64,000 nt of DNA from the NCBI GenBank assembly GCA_965203485.1, contig OZ241892.1, forward strand, positions 832,001 to 896,000, in the 5' to 3' direction. Below are positions 56,682-64,000 of this stretch, in pieces. A program made the position numbers and the translations under genes. The first letter of the stretch is position 1. Each line of letters starts with the position of its first letter. This DNA comes from Longimicrobiales bacterium (GTDB lineage: Bacteria > Gemmatimonadota > Gemmatimonadetes > Longimicrobiales > Gaopeijiaceae). Under the pieces are notes generated by a model. That model was not told where the DNA came from and searched no databases. It worked only from the letters and a program-made list of their open reading frames with translations.

Positions 56682-59460
56682 GGCAGCGGCCGCGGCCTTG
56701 CCGGCGTGGGTCGGCTTGGCCGGTTGCGGCGACGCCGGGCTCGAGCCGGGTCCGGACGGGATGCCCGGCGTTCCTTCGGCGTCGGCTTCGGCGGCCGCGA
56801 ACGGCGCCGGCGTCTGCGGCCGGACTCCGCAGGTGCGCGACGCGCTGGCGGCTGCCGTCGGCAAGCAGGACTGCGCTTCCGTCACGGCGCCGGACCTGGC
56901 CGGCGTGGTCGTTCTCGAGCTGAACGGCAAGTCGATCTCGGCGCTCCGGGCCGGCGACCTCCAAGGGCTCTCCGGCCTGCAATACCTCTACCTGTCCGGC
57001 AACCAGCTCCTTGCGTTGCCGCCCGGGCTGTTCTCGGACGCCCCCGGCCTTGCGGTCCTGGACTTGTCCGACAACGGCTTCGGCGACTTGCCGGCGGGGG
57101 TCTTCGGGAGCCTGGCCAGGCTCGGGAACCTCTCGCTCGCGGGCAACCGAATCGCGCGCCCGAGCGCCTCGCTCTTCACCGGCCTGCGCTCGCTCGAGAC
57201 GCTCGACTTGGCCGCCAATGCGATCTCCGCGTTGCCCGACGACGTCTTCCGCGATCTCGCGGGCCTCCGCGATCTGCACTTGGCCGTCAACGAGCTCGGC
57301 AGCTGGCCCGGCGGCGCATTGCGCGGGTTGGCGCGGCTGGAGGCGCTGAACGTGCGCGGCAACCTGCTGGCCGAAATGCCCGCCGGCGCGTTCACCGGGC
57401 AGCGCGCGTTGCGCAGGCTCGCCCTCTCCCAGAACCGGTTGCGCTCGTTGCCCCCCGGCTTGCTTCGCGGCTTGGCGGCGCTCCAGTCCCTGGACCTGGC
57501 CGACAACCAGCTGGCGTCGTTGCCGGACAGCTTCTTCGTGGGCGTCGGCGGCCTTTCCTCCCTCTCGCTCCGGGACAACCCGGGCAGCCCCTTCGGGGTC
57601 CGCGTGGAGCTTGAACGCACCGACGCCGACGACAACTCGGCCCCCGGCCCGGCACAGATACGGGCCACGACCCCCTTGGGCGCGCCGTTCGCGATGGACG
57701 TGAGGCTCAGGGCATCTGGCGGCAACCTGTCGGCTTCGTCGGTCAGGATCGAAGGAGGCCGGGCAGCCAGCGACGTGGTGACCGCCTCCAACGTTGCGGG
57801 ATCGTCCTTCTCGGTCGCGCCGGCCGGGCCGTCCGTTCCCAGGACGTTGTGCTCCGGCCTCCCGTGCTACGAGGGACTGCACGTGGACAACGGCTTGCCG
57901 ATCGTCTTGGCCAACCCGCCCACGGCGACGCTGACGGTCCCATTGGCGTACTTGGTGCAGGCTGCGCAGAGCAGAGCAGGGGAAGTGCCGCTGGTGGCCG
58001 GGCGCCGGGCCTTGTTGCGCGTCTTCGCCCGCGCCGACAGCGCCAACGCCTTTCGTCCGCTCGCGCGCGCGACGTTCTACAGGGACGGGACGGAAGCGCA
58101 CGTGGCCACGTTGGCGCCGCCGCCGGCCGGCGTTCCGCGCGTGTTCCGCGAGGGCGACCTGTCGGCAAGCTTCAACGCCGAAGTGCCGGGACGGGTCCTG
58201 CAACCCGGCACGGAGATGGTCGTCGAGCTGGATCCCCGCCGGGAACTGCCGCTGGCGGCGGGCAGCGTCCGCCGCGTCCCTGCCCAAGGGCGGACCTCGC
58301 TCGACGTACGCCCCGTGGCGTCCCTGGACCTGGCCGTCGTTCCCGTCCAGTACGTCTGGACCGCCAACGCCGCCACGAACGGCCGCGTGGCCACGACGGC
58401 GCGGAGCTTCGTCGGCGCGGAGTCGTCCGCCCGCCTGCGGTTCGTCGAAGCCCTCTTGCCCGTCGCAGACGTGAACGTGCGAGTGCGCGATTCGTACTTC
58501 ACGTGGGCGGACACCACCGAACTCGGTCCCGTCGATCTCCTCATGGACCTGCAGCTGCTTCGCCACGTCGAGGCGGGCGGAACCCGAGAACTCTACCACG
58601 GCGTCTTCGCCGCTCCGCGCTTTGCGCACGTCCTCGGGCCGTGGGAATTCCTGGGCGTCGCCTTCCAGCCCGGCCACGTCGGCATGAGCCGGTCGCACTT
58701 TGACGACGGCGCGATCGACCCGGAGTTCGAGTCGACGATGGCCCACGAAGTCGGCCACAACCTCAACTTGGGCCACGCACCCTGCGGCCGCCCCTTCGGG
58801 GTGGACGAGAACTTTCCCTACGCCCGCGCGTCCACGGGAGTGTTCGGCTACGAGTTTGCCGGGCCCGGATGGCCCGCGCAGGTCCTCGATCCTTCGCTGT
58901 CGGTGGACCTCATGTCCTACTGCCGCCCCTACTGGATCAGCGACTACAACTTCGTCAAGGCGCTCGACTACCGGACCGCCGTGGCGTCCGCTTCAGCTTC
59001 CGCGGACCGCCCGCCCCTGCGCATCCGGTCGCTGGTGTTGCGGGGCGCCGCCCGCGACGGCGCCCTCCACTTGGCCGCCCCGTTCGCCTGGGACGCTCCC
59101 CCCAAGTTGCCGGCCGCTTCCGGTCCCTACCGTCTGGTGGGCGCGGACCGGACCGGCGCCGAGCTCTTCGCCTTCGCCTTTGCGCCTGACGAGATCGATC
59201 ACGGCGGCCGCGGCTTCCTCTTCGCCCTGCCGATGCGGGCGGCGTGGCGCGACGCCCTGCACTCCGTCACCGTCCACGGGCCCGAAGGCCGGGCGACCCG
59301 CGAGATCGCGGCCTCCGCCGGCCTCGCCGTGTTCACCGACCCCGCCACCGGCCGCATCCGCGGCATCGCCCGGAACTGGTCCGGCACGCTTCCGCCCGCC
59401 CTCCGCGCCGCCGGCCCCGTCGAGGTGGCGCCCGGTTGGCCAAGCCCGAACGGCCGCTAG
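56662..59460 (+). CDS. Paralogous lipoprotein: LRR + M66-like metzincin protease
   Basis: Lipobox LAGC, CGRTPQVRDAL cap, LRRs, LVAGRRALLRVF, HEVGHNLNLGH, DLMSYC. Overlaps the paralog's end. Confidence 0.88.
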   Translation: MRRILGRAAAAALPAWVGLAGCGDAGLEPGPDGMPGVPSASASAAANGAGVCGRTPQVRDALAAAVGKQDCASVTAPDLAGVVVLELNGKSISALRAGDLQGLSGLQYLYLSGNQLLALPPGLFSDAPGLAVLDLSDNGFGDLPAGVFGSLARLGNLSLAGNRIARPSASLFTGLRSLETLDLAANAISALPDDVFRDLAGLRDLHLAVNELGSWPGGALRGLARLEALNVRGNLLAEMPAGAFTGQRALRRLALSQNRLRSLPPGLLRGLAALQSLDLADNQLASLPDSFFVGVGGLSSLSLRDNPGSPFGVRVELERTDADDNSAPGPAQIRATTPLGAPFAMDVRLRASGGNLSASSVRIEGGRAASDVVTASNVAGSSFSVAPAGPSVPRTLCSGLPCYEGLHVDNGLPIVLANPPTATLTVPLAYLVQAAQSRAGEVPLVAGRRALLRVFARADSANAFRPLARATFYRDGTEAHVATLAPPPAGVPRVFREGDLSASFNAEVPGRVLQPGTEMVVELDPRRELPLAAGSVRRVPAQGRTSLDVRPVASLDLAVVPVQYVWTANAATNGRVATTARSFVGAESSARLRFVEALLPVADVNVRVRDSYFTWADTTELGPVDLLMDLQLLRHVEAGGTRELYHGVFAAPRFAHVLGPWEFLGVAFQPGHVGMSRSHFDDGAIDPEFESTMAHEVGHNLNLGHAPCGRPFGVDENFPYARASTGVFGYEFAGPGWPAQVLDPSLSVDLMSYCRPYWISDYNFVKALDYRTAVASASASADRPPLRIRSLVLRGAARDGALHLAAPFAWDAPPKLPAASGPYRLVGADRTGAELFAFAFAPDEIDHGGRGFLFALPMRAAWRDALHSVTVHGPEGRATREIAASAGLAVFTDPATGRIRGIARNWSGTLPPALRAAGPVEVAPGWPSPNGR
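56896..57585 (+). repeat. Coding LRR array, about 10 units of 72 bp
   Basis: Same 24-aa consensus as in the first paralog. Confidence 0.9.
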
Positions 59461-59476
59461 CGCCAGCCGCCCCAAA

Positions 59477-59570
59477 CCATGTTATATGGCTGGCCCATAT
59501 TGCCAAGTATGGCGAATACGGGAGCACGAAGACCACCATCGACGTTCGGGACCCCGATCTGAGCACGGGC
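59477..59570 (+). pseudogene. Probable decayed antitoxin 5' end with operator palindromes
   Basis: CCAT-gttat-ATGG (59477-59489) and CCATA-ttgccaag-TATGG (59495-59512), then ACG AAG ACC ACC ATC GAC = (M>T)KTTIDVRD, resembling the MKTTIDIPD start of RHH/VapB-like antitoxins. Confidence 0.45.
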
Positions 59571-59643
59571 GCTGAAGCGGACCAGTTGGCGACGGCGGCG
59601 GGTCAGCTGTTCTGCGAACGCGTCCGGCTCCATGGGTGCCGCC

Positions 59644-61368
59644 TCAGCTCGAGCCTGCCCTGCGGCTGGAATCCCTTGCCCGCGGAATCCGCATCTCTTC
59701 GACCATCGCCTGCACCCTCCCGGGCGGGCGGGGCGCGAAGCGGGCCACCAGGAGCGCCACGGCGAAGTTGAGCATCATCCCGACCGTTCCGATGCCCTCG
59801 GGCGAGATTCCGAACCACCAGTTCTCGGGAACGTCGGCGGCGGGGTCGACGAAGCGGAAGTAGACGATGTAAGCGGCGGTGAAGGCGATGCCGGTCACCA
59901 TGCCGGCGACGGCGCCCTCGCGGTTCATGGACTTGGTGAACGTGCCCAGGACGATCGCGGGGAAGAACGAAGAGGCGGCCAAGCCGAACGCGAAGGCCAC
60001 CGTCTGAGCGACGAAGCCGGGCGGATTGACGCCCAGGTATCCGGCCGCGAGCACGGCCACGGCCACGCTGATCCGGGCGGCCCGCAGTTCGCCCTTCTCG
60101 GAGATGCCGGGCCGGATCGCGCCCTTGAGCAGGTCGTGGCTGATCGCCGAAGAGACGACCAGAAGCAGGCCCGCCGCCGTCGAGAGTGCGGCCGCCAGCC
60201 CCCCCGCCGCTACCAGGCCGACCACCCAGTTCGGCAGGCCGGCGATCTCGGGGTTCGCGAGGACCATCACGTCCGGGGCCACGGTGAGTTCGTTGGCGCC
60301 GGACTCGCCGGACTCGGGCTCGTAGCCGGGTCCCACGTAGCGGATGCGTCCGTCCCCGTCGTGGTCCTCGAAGGCGATCAAGCCGGTCTGCTCCCACTTG
60401 GTGAACCACTCGGGCATCTCCGCGTAGGGCCGGCCCGAGACCGTGTCCAGCAAGTTGGTGCGCGCGAAGACGGCGACAGCGGGCGCGGTCGTGTAGAGAA
60501 TCGCGATGAACACCAGCGCCCAGCCCACGGACGTGCGCGCGTCGCGGACCTTGGGCACAGTGTAGAAGCGCACGATTACGTGCGGCAGTCCAGCCGTGCC
60601 CGCCATGAGGGCGGCGGTGATGAAGAAGACGTCCGCCATCGACTTGTTTCCGCCGGTGTAGGCGGAGAAGCCGAGCTGTTCGTGAAGGCCGTCCAGCTTG
60701 TCCAGCAGGAAGACGCCGGTCTCCGGGTCGGCGCCGCCGAAGCCCAGTTGCGGAACCGGCGTGCCCGTCATCATCACGGCCAGGAAGAAGGCCGGCGTCA
60801 TGTAGGCGAAGATGAGTACGCAGTACTGGGCGACCTGCGTGTACGTAATGCCCTTCATCCCGCCCAGGAAGGCGTAGAAGAACACGACGCCCATGCCGAT
60901 GGCGACGCCCACCGGCACGTCCACCTCCAGGAAGCGGCCGAGAACGATCCCCACGCCCTGCATCTGGCCGCTCACGTACGTGAACGAAACGAAGAGCGCG
61001 CAGACGACGGCCACGATCCGCGCCGTTCGCGAGTAGTAGCGCCCGCCCACGAAGTCGGGCACGGTGTAGGCCCCGAACTTGCGCAGGTAGGGCGCGAGCA
61101 GGAGGGCGAGGAGGACGTACCCGCCCGTCCATCCCATCAGGTAGACGGAGCCGTCGTAGCCGAGCAGCGAGATTGCGCCCGCCATGGAGATGAAGGACGC
61201 CGCCGACATCCAGTCGGACGCGGTCGCCATCCCGTTGGCCAGCGGCGAGACGCCCGTGCCCGCCACGTAGAACTCCTTCGTGGAGCCGGCCCGGGAGCGC
61301 AGGGCCACGGCCACGTAGAGCGCGAAGGACGCCGCGACCGCGACGAAGGTCCAGGCCCGGACGTCCAA
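59644..61368 (-). CDS. actP: Cation/acetate symporter (ActP-like SSS)
   Basis: NGMATASDWMSAASFISMAG, GGMKGITYTQVAQY, GTAGLPHVIVRFYTVP, LAAALSTAAGLLL. Preceded by DUF4212. Confidence 0.9.
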   Translation of the reverse strand: MDVRAWTFVAVAASFALYVAVALRSRAGSTKEFYVAGTGVSPLANGMATASDWMSAASFISMAGAISLLGYDGSVYLMGWTGGYVLLALLLAPYLRKFGAYTVPDFVGGRYYSRTARIVAVVCALFVSFTYVSGQMQGVGIVLGRFLEVDVPVGVAIGMGVVFFYAFLGGMKGITYTQVAQYCVLIFAYMTPAFFLAVMMTGTPVPQLGFGGADPETGVFLLDKLDGLHEQLGFSAYTGGNKSMADVFFITAALMAGTAGLPHVIVRFYTVPKVRDARTSVGWALVFIAILYTTAPAVAVFARTNLLDTVSGRPYAEMPEWFTKWEQTGLIAFEDHDGDGRIRYVGPGYEPESGESGANELTVAPDVMVLANPEIAGLPNWVVGLVAAGGLAAALSTAAGLLLVVSSAISHDLLKGAIRPGISEKGELRAARISVAVAVLAAGYLGVNPPGFVAQTVAFAFGLAASSFFPAIVLGTFTKSMNREGAVAGMVTGIAFTAAYIVYFRFVDPAADVPENWWFGISPEGIGTVGMMLNFAVALLVARFAPRPPGRVQAMVEEMRIPRARDSSRRAGSS

Positions 61369-61382
61369 GGCGCGTCAGCCCG

Positions 61383-61676
61383 TCATTCTTCGGACAGTCC
61401 GAACTCCCGGTCCAGCCGGTTCATCACCCGCGCATAGGCGAAGATCAGCGCCACGAAGACGTAGATGGCGCCCTGTTGCGCGAACCAGAAGCCCAGCTTG
61501 AAGCCCGTCCCCGGAATCCGCACGGCGTTCAGCGGTTCGGCCAGCACGATCCCGAACCCGTAGGAAGCCATGAACCAGATTCCCAGGAAGACGGCCAAGC
61601 AACGCAGGTTGCGCCGCCAGTACTCGCCGAAGCGAACTCCGGCCGAGTCCGTCCCCTGCCTTTCGCCGTCCGTCAC
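61383..61676 (-). CDS. DUF4212 small membrane partner of the SSS transporter
   Basis: YWRRNL, GFKLGFWFAQQGAIYVFV, MNRLDREFG. Confidence 0.92.
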   Translation of the reverse strand: MTDGERQGTDSAGVRFGEYWRRNLRCLAVFLGIWFMASYGFGIVLAEPLNAVRIPGTGFKLGFWFAQQGAIYVFVALIFAYARVMNRLDREFGLSEE

Positions 61677-61682
61677 GGCGCC

Positions 61683-63350
61683 CTACATCAGTCCGTCCAC
61701 CACCCCGTCGTCCGAAATGGACATCGACAGGGCGGCGGGCTGGGCGCCCAGGCCGGGCATCGTCATGATGGCGCCCGTCTTCGCCACAACGAAACCCGCT
61801 CCGGCCGAGGGCGTCACGCCCCGCACCGTTATGCGAAAGCCCTTGGGACGGCCGAGCAGCGCCGGATTGTCGGAGAACGAGTACTGCGTCTTGGCGATGC
61901 ACACGGGCGCGCGGGCCAGGCCGAAGGACTCGAGCCGCGCGAGCTCGTCCTCCACCCCCGGCAGGAAGTCCACGCCGTCGGCGCCGTAGATGCGCGTGGC
62001 GACGGCCTCGATCTTCGCCGCCAGCGGCAGATCGTCCGCGTAGAGGGGCTTGAAGGCGGCGGTCCCGCCCTGCGCCAAGTCCCAGACCGCGTCCGCCAGC
62101 TCCAGGCAACCTTCGCCGCCGCCGCCGTGCGGATTGGCTGCCACCGCCGCCACCCCGCGGGCCGCGCATCCGTCGAGCGCCGTCTTCACCTCGGCCGGCG
62201 TGTCGGAGGCGAAGCGGTTGAGGGCCACCACCGCGGGCACGCCGAAGCGTCCCACGTTCTCCGCGTGGCCGAACAGATTGGCCAAGCCGCGCTCCAAGGC
62301 GGCCACGTCCTCGTGCCCCAGCGAGTCCTTGTCGGCGCCGCCGTTCATCTTGAGCGCCCGGATCGTGGCCACCAGCACGACCGCGTCGGGCTCGAGCCCG
62401 CCCAGGCGGCACTTGATGTCGAAGAACTTCTCGGCTCCCAGGTCCGCGCCGAACCCCGCCTCCGTGACCACGATATCGCCCAGCTTCATGCCGGAGCGGG
62501 TCGCGATCAGCGAGTTGCAGCCGTGGGCGATGTTGGCGAACGGGCCGCCGTGGACGAAGGCCGGGGTGCCGCCGAGCGTCTGCACCAGGTTGGGATGCAC
62601 GGCGTCCTTGAGGAGCACGGTCATGGGCACGTGAGCCCCGATGTCGCGGCAACGCACCGGCTCGCGGCTCCGCGTGTATCCCACGATGATGTTCCCGAGC
62701 CGCTCCTTGAGGTCGGCCAGGTCGCGCGCCAGGCAGAAGACCGCCATCACCTCGGACGCCGCCGTGATCATGAAGCCGTCCTGCCGGGGGATGCCGCCGA
62801 AGGGACCGCCCAGGCCCACCACCACGTCGCGCAGCGCCCGGTCGTTCATGTCCACGGCGCGTCCCCATGTGATCCGCCGGTGGTCCAGTCCGGTCGAGTT
62901 GGGCCGGAAGAGATGGTTGTCCAGCATGGCCGACAGCAACGCGTGGGCGGACGTGATCGCGTGGAAGTCGCCGGTGAAGTGGAGGTTGATGTCCTCCATG
63001 GGCACGACTTGCGAGCGGCCGCCGCCCGCCGCGCCTCCCTTGATGCCGAAGACCGGCCCCAGCGACGGCTCCCGAATGCAGAGCAGGGGATTCCTGCCGC
63101 GCAGCGAGAGCGCGTCGGCGAGGCCGACCGAAGTGGTGGACTTGCCTTCGCCCGCGGCCGTGGGACTGACGCCCGTGACCAGAACCAGCTTGGGGTCCCG
63201 CGCCGGCTTGGACTCGATCACGTCGAGCGGCACCTTGGCCTTGTAGTCGCCGAAGAGCTGGAGGTCGCGCTCGGCCAGGCCCGCTCGGGCGGCGATCTCG
63301 GTGATGGGCTTGATGTCGTGCGCCTGAGCGATCGCGATGTCGGAAAGCAT
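61683..63350 (-). CDS. fhs: Formate--tetrahydrofolate ligase
   Basis: MLSDIAIAQ, GEGKSTT, GIKGGAAGGG, INLHFTGDFHAI, HGGPFANIAHG, VTEAGFGADLGAEKF, MTMPGL. Confidence 0.98.
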   Translation of the reverse strand: MLSDIAIAQAHDIKPITEIAARAGLAERDLQLFGDYKAKVPLDVIESKPARDPKLVLVTGVSPTAAGEGKSTTSVGLADALSLRGRNPLLCIREPSLGPVFGIKGGAAGGGRSQVVPMEDINLHFTGDFHAITSAHALLSAMLDNHLFRPNSTGLDHRRITWGRAVDMNDRALRDVVVGLGGPFGGIPRQDGFMITAASEVMAVFCLARDLADLKERLGNIIVGYTRSREPVRCRDIGAHVPMTVLLKDAVHPNLVQTLGGTPAFVHGGPFANIAHGCNSLIATRSGMKLGDIVVTEAGFGADLGAEKFFDIKCRLGGLEPDAVVLVATIRALKMNGGADKDSLGHEDVAALERGLANLFGHAENVGRFGVPAVVALNRFASDTPAEVKTALDGCAARGVAAVAANPHGGGGEGCLELADAVWDLAQGGTAAFKPLYADDLPLAAKIEAVATRIYGADGVDFLPGVEDELARLESFGLARAPVCIAKTQYSFSDNPALLGRPKGFRITVRGVTPSAGAGFVVAKTGAIMTMPGLGAQPAALSMSISDDGVVDGLM

Positions 63351-63516
63351 GGGAGGGAGGGGGTGGAGGGTGAGTGTGGGCGACGCTGCCGCGAAGCGCA
63401 GGCTTCGGCGGAGCCGGACGCGGGCCGGGACCTTCGGCTCTTCGTGTTCGGCGGAGCCGGTGCGGTTGCGGGCCGGGCACGCGCGTCGTCGCCGCTTTCG
63501 TCGTCGGCGGCTTCGC

Positions 63517-63525
63517 TACAATATA
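63517..63525. promoter_or_regulatory. Overlapping divergent -10-like hexamers for fhs and the PhzF-like gene
   Basis: TACAAT (+, 63517-63522) and TATATT (-, 63520-63525) in the main AT-rich patch of the intergenic region. Confidence 0.45.
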
Positions 63526-63594
63526 CGGCCCGCCGCCGCGTGTGCGCCGCATTGCGGCTCCGTTGCGTCCACGTAAGGAGTCGCCGGTCAGCCG

Positions 63595-64000
63595 ATGAAC
63601 GCTCCGAGGCTTCCCTACTACGTCGTGGACGCCTTCACGGACGTCCCGTTCAGGGGAAACCCGGCCGCTGTGTGCCTGGAAGCCGACGACTTGGACGACG
63701 AGGCCCGCCAGCACATTGCGCGCGAGATGAATTTGTCCGAAACGGCGTTCGTGTACCGCCCGGACGGAAACGGCGAGCGGCGGTTGCGCTGGTTCACTCC
63801 CGCCGTCGAGGTGCCGTTGTGCGGGCATGCCACCTTGGCCAGCGCGCATGTCCTGTTGCGCGAAGCGGGCGGCGCCGGCCCGCTCGTGTTCCGCTCGGCT
63901 TCGGGACGACTGCGCGTGCGCGAGGACGGCAGCCGCCTGGTTTTGGACCTTCCTTCCGATCCGCCGGTGGTAGCGCCGATGCCGGCGGGGTTGCCCGAAG
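63595..64000 (+). CDS. PhzF-family isomerase, 5' part (truncated; absent from the ORF track)
   Basis: Manual translation gives VVDAFTDVPFRGNPAAV, EMNLSETAFV, LRWFTPAVEVPLCGHATLA. TAAGGAG upstream. Confidence 0.93.
   Translation, partial: MNAPRLPYYVVDAFTDVPFRGNPAAVCLEADDLDDEARQHIAREMNLSETAFVYRPDGNGERRLRWFTPAVEVPLCGHATLASAHVLLREAGGAGPLVFRSASGRLRVREDGSRLVLDLPSDPPVVAPMPAGLPE

Noticed and set aside
54027..57585. CRISPR-like or DGR-like repeats
   Set aside because: The periodicity is 72-bp degenerate coding LRR. There are no identical repeats with spacers, and no cas or reverse transcriptase gene.
63351..63594. ZTP or THF riboswitch upstream of fhs; direct repeat TTCGGCGGAGCCGG x2
   Set aside because: No recognisable riboswitch consensus, and two copies of a GC-rich 14-mer are too weak to call.

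Overview
A very GC-rich, gene-dense bacterial chromosomal window. The gene content suggests Gemmatimonadota/Longimicrobiales, possibly host- or sponge-associated; this is inference from gene repertoire only. From left to right: a CcmH-like gene and an M24 peptidase; priA and an HNH nuclease; two convergent ECF sigma/anti-sigma units, one heading a MacAB-TolC-type exporter and one a tandem-PDZ protein; thrC; a phosphodiester glycosidase; an hsdR plus M48 peptidase pair with no hsdM/hsdS in view; a TonB receptor; pepP; a methionine/folate cluster (metH, yitJ-like, and a divergent stand-alone MTHFR-like gene); a surface polysaccharide locus interrupted by an inverted three-gene membrane redox cassette (MsrQ-like + Rieske + Cys-motif fusion); matB-like plus an SSS symporter; a complete IS with 15-bp TIRs and a CTAG duplication; two tandem lipoproteins combining animal-type LRRs with a metzincin protease; actP, DUF4212 and fhs; and a truncated PhzF-family gene. 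I saw no rRNA, tRNA or CRISPR array. The best candidates for uncharacterised systems are the redox cassette, the LRR-metalloprotease pair, the complementary MTHFR pair and the orphan HsdR module. All calls come from motif recognition by eye, and many start codons are approximate.
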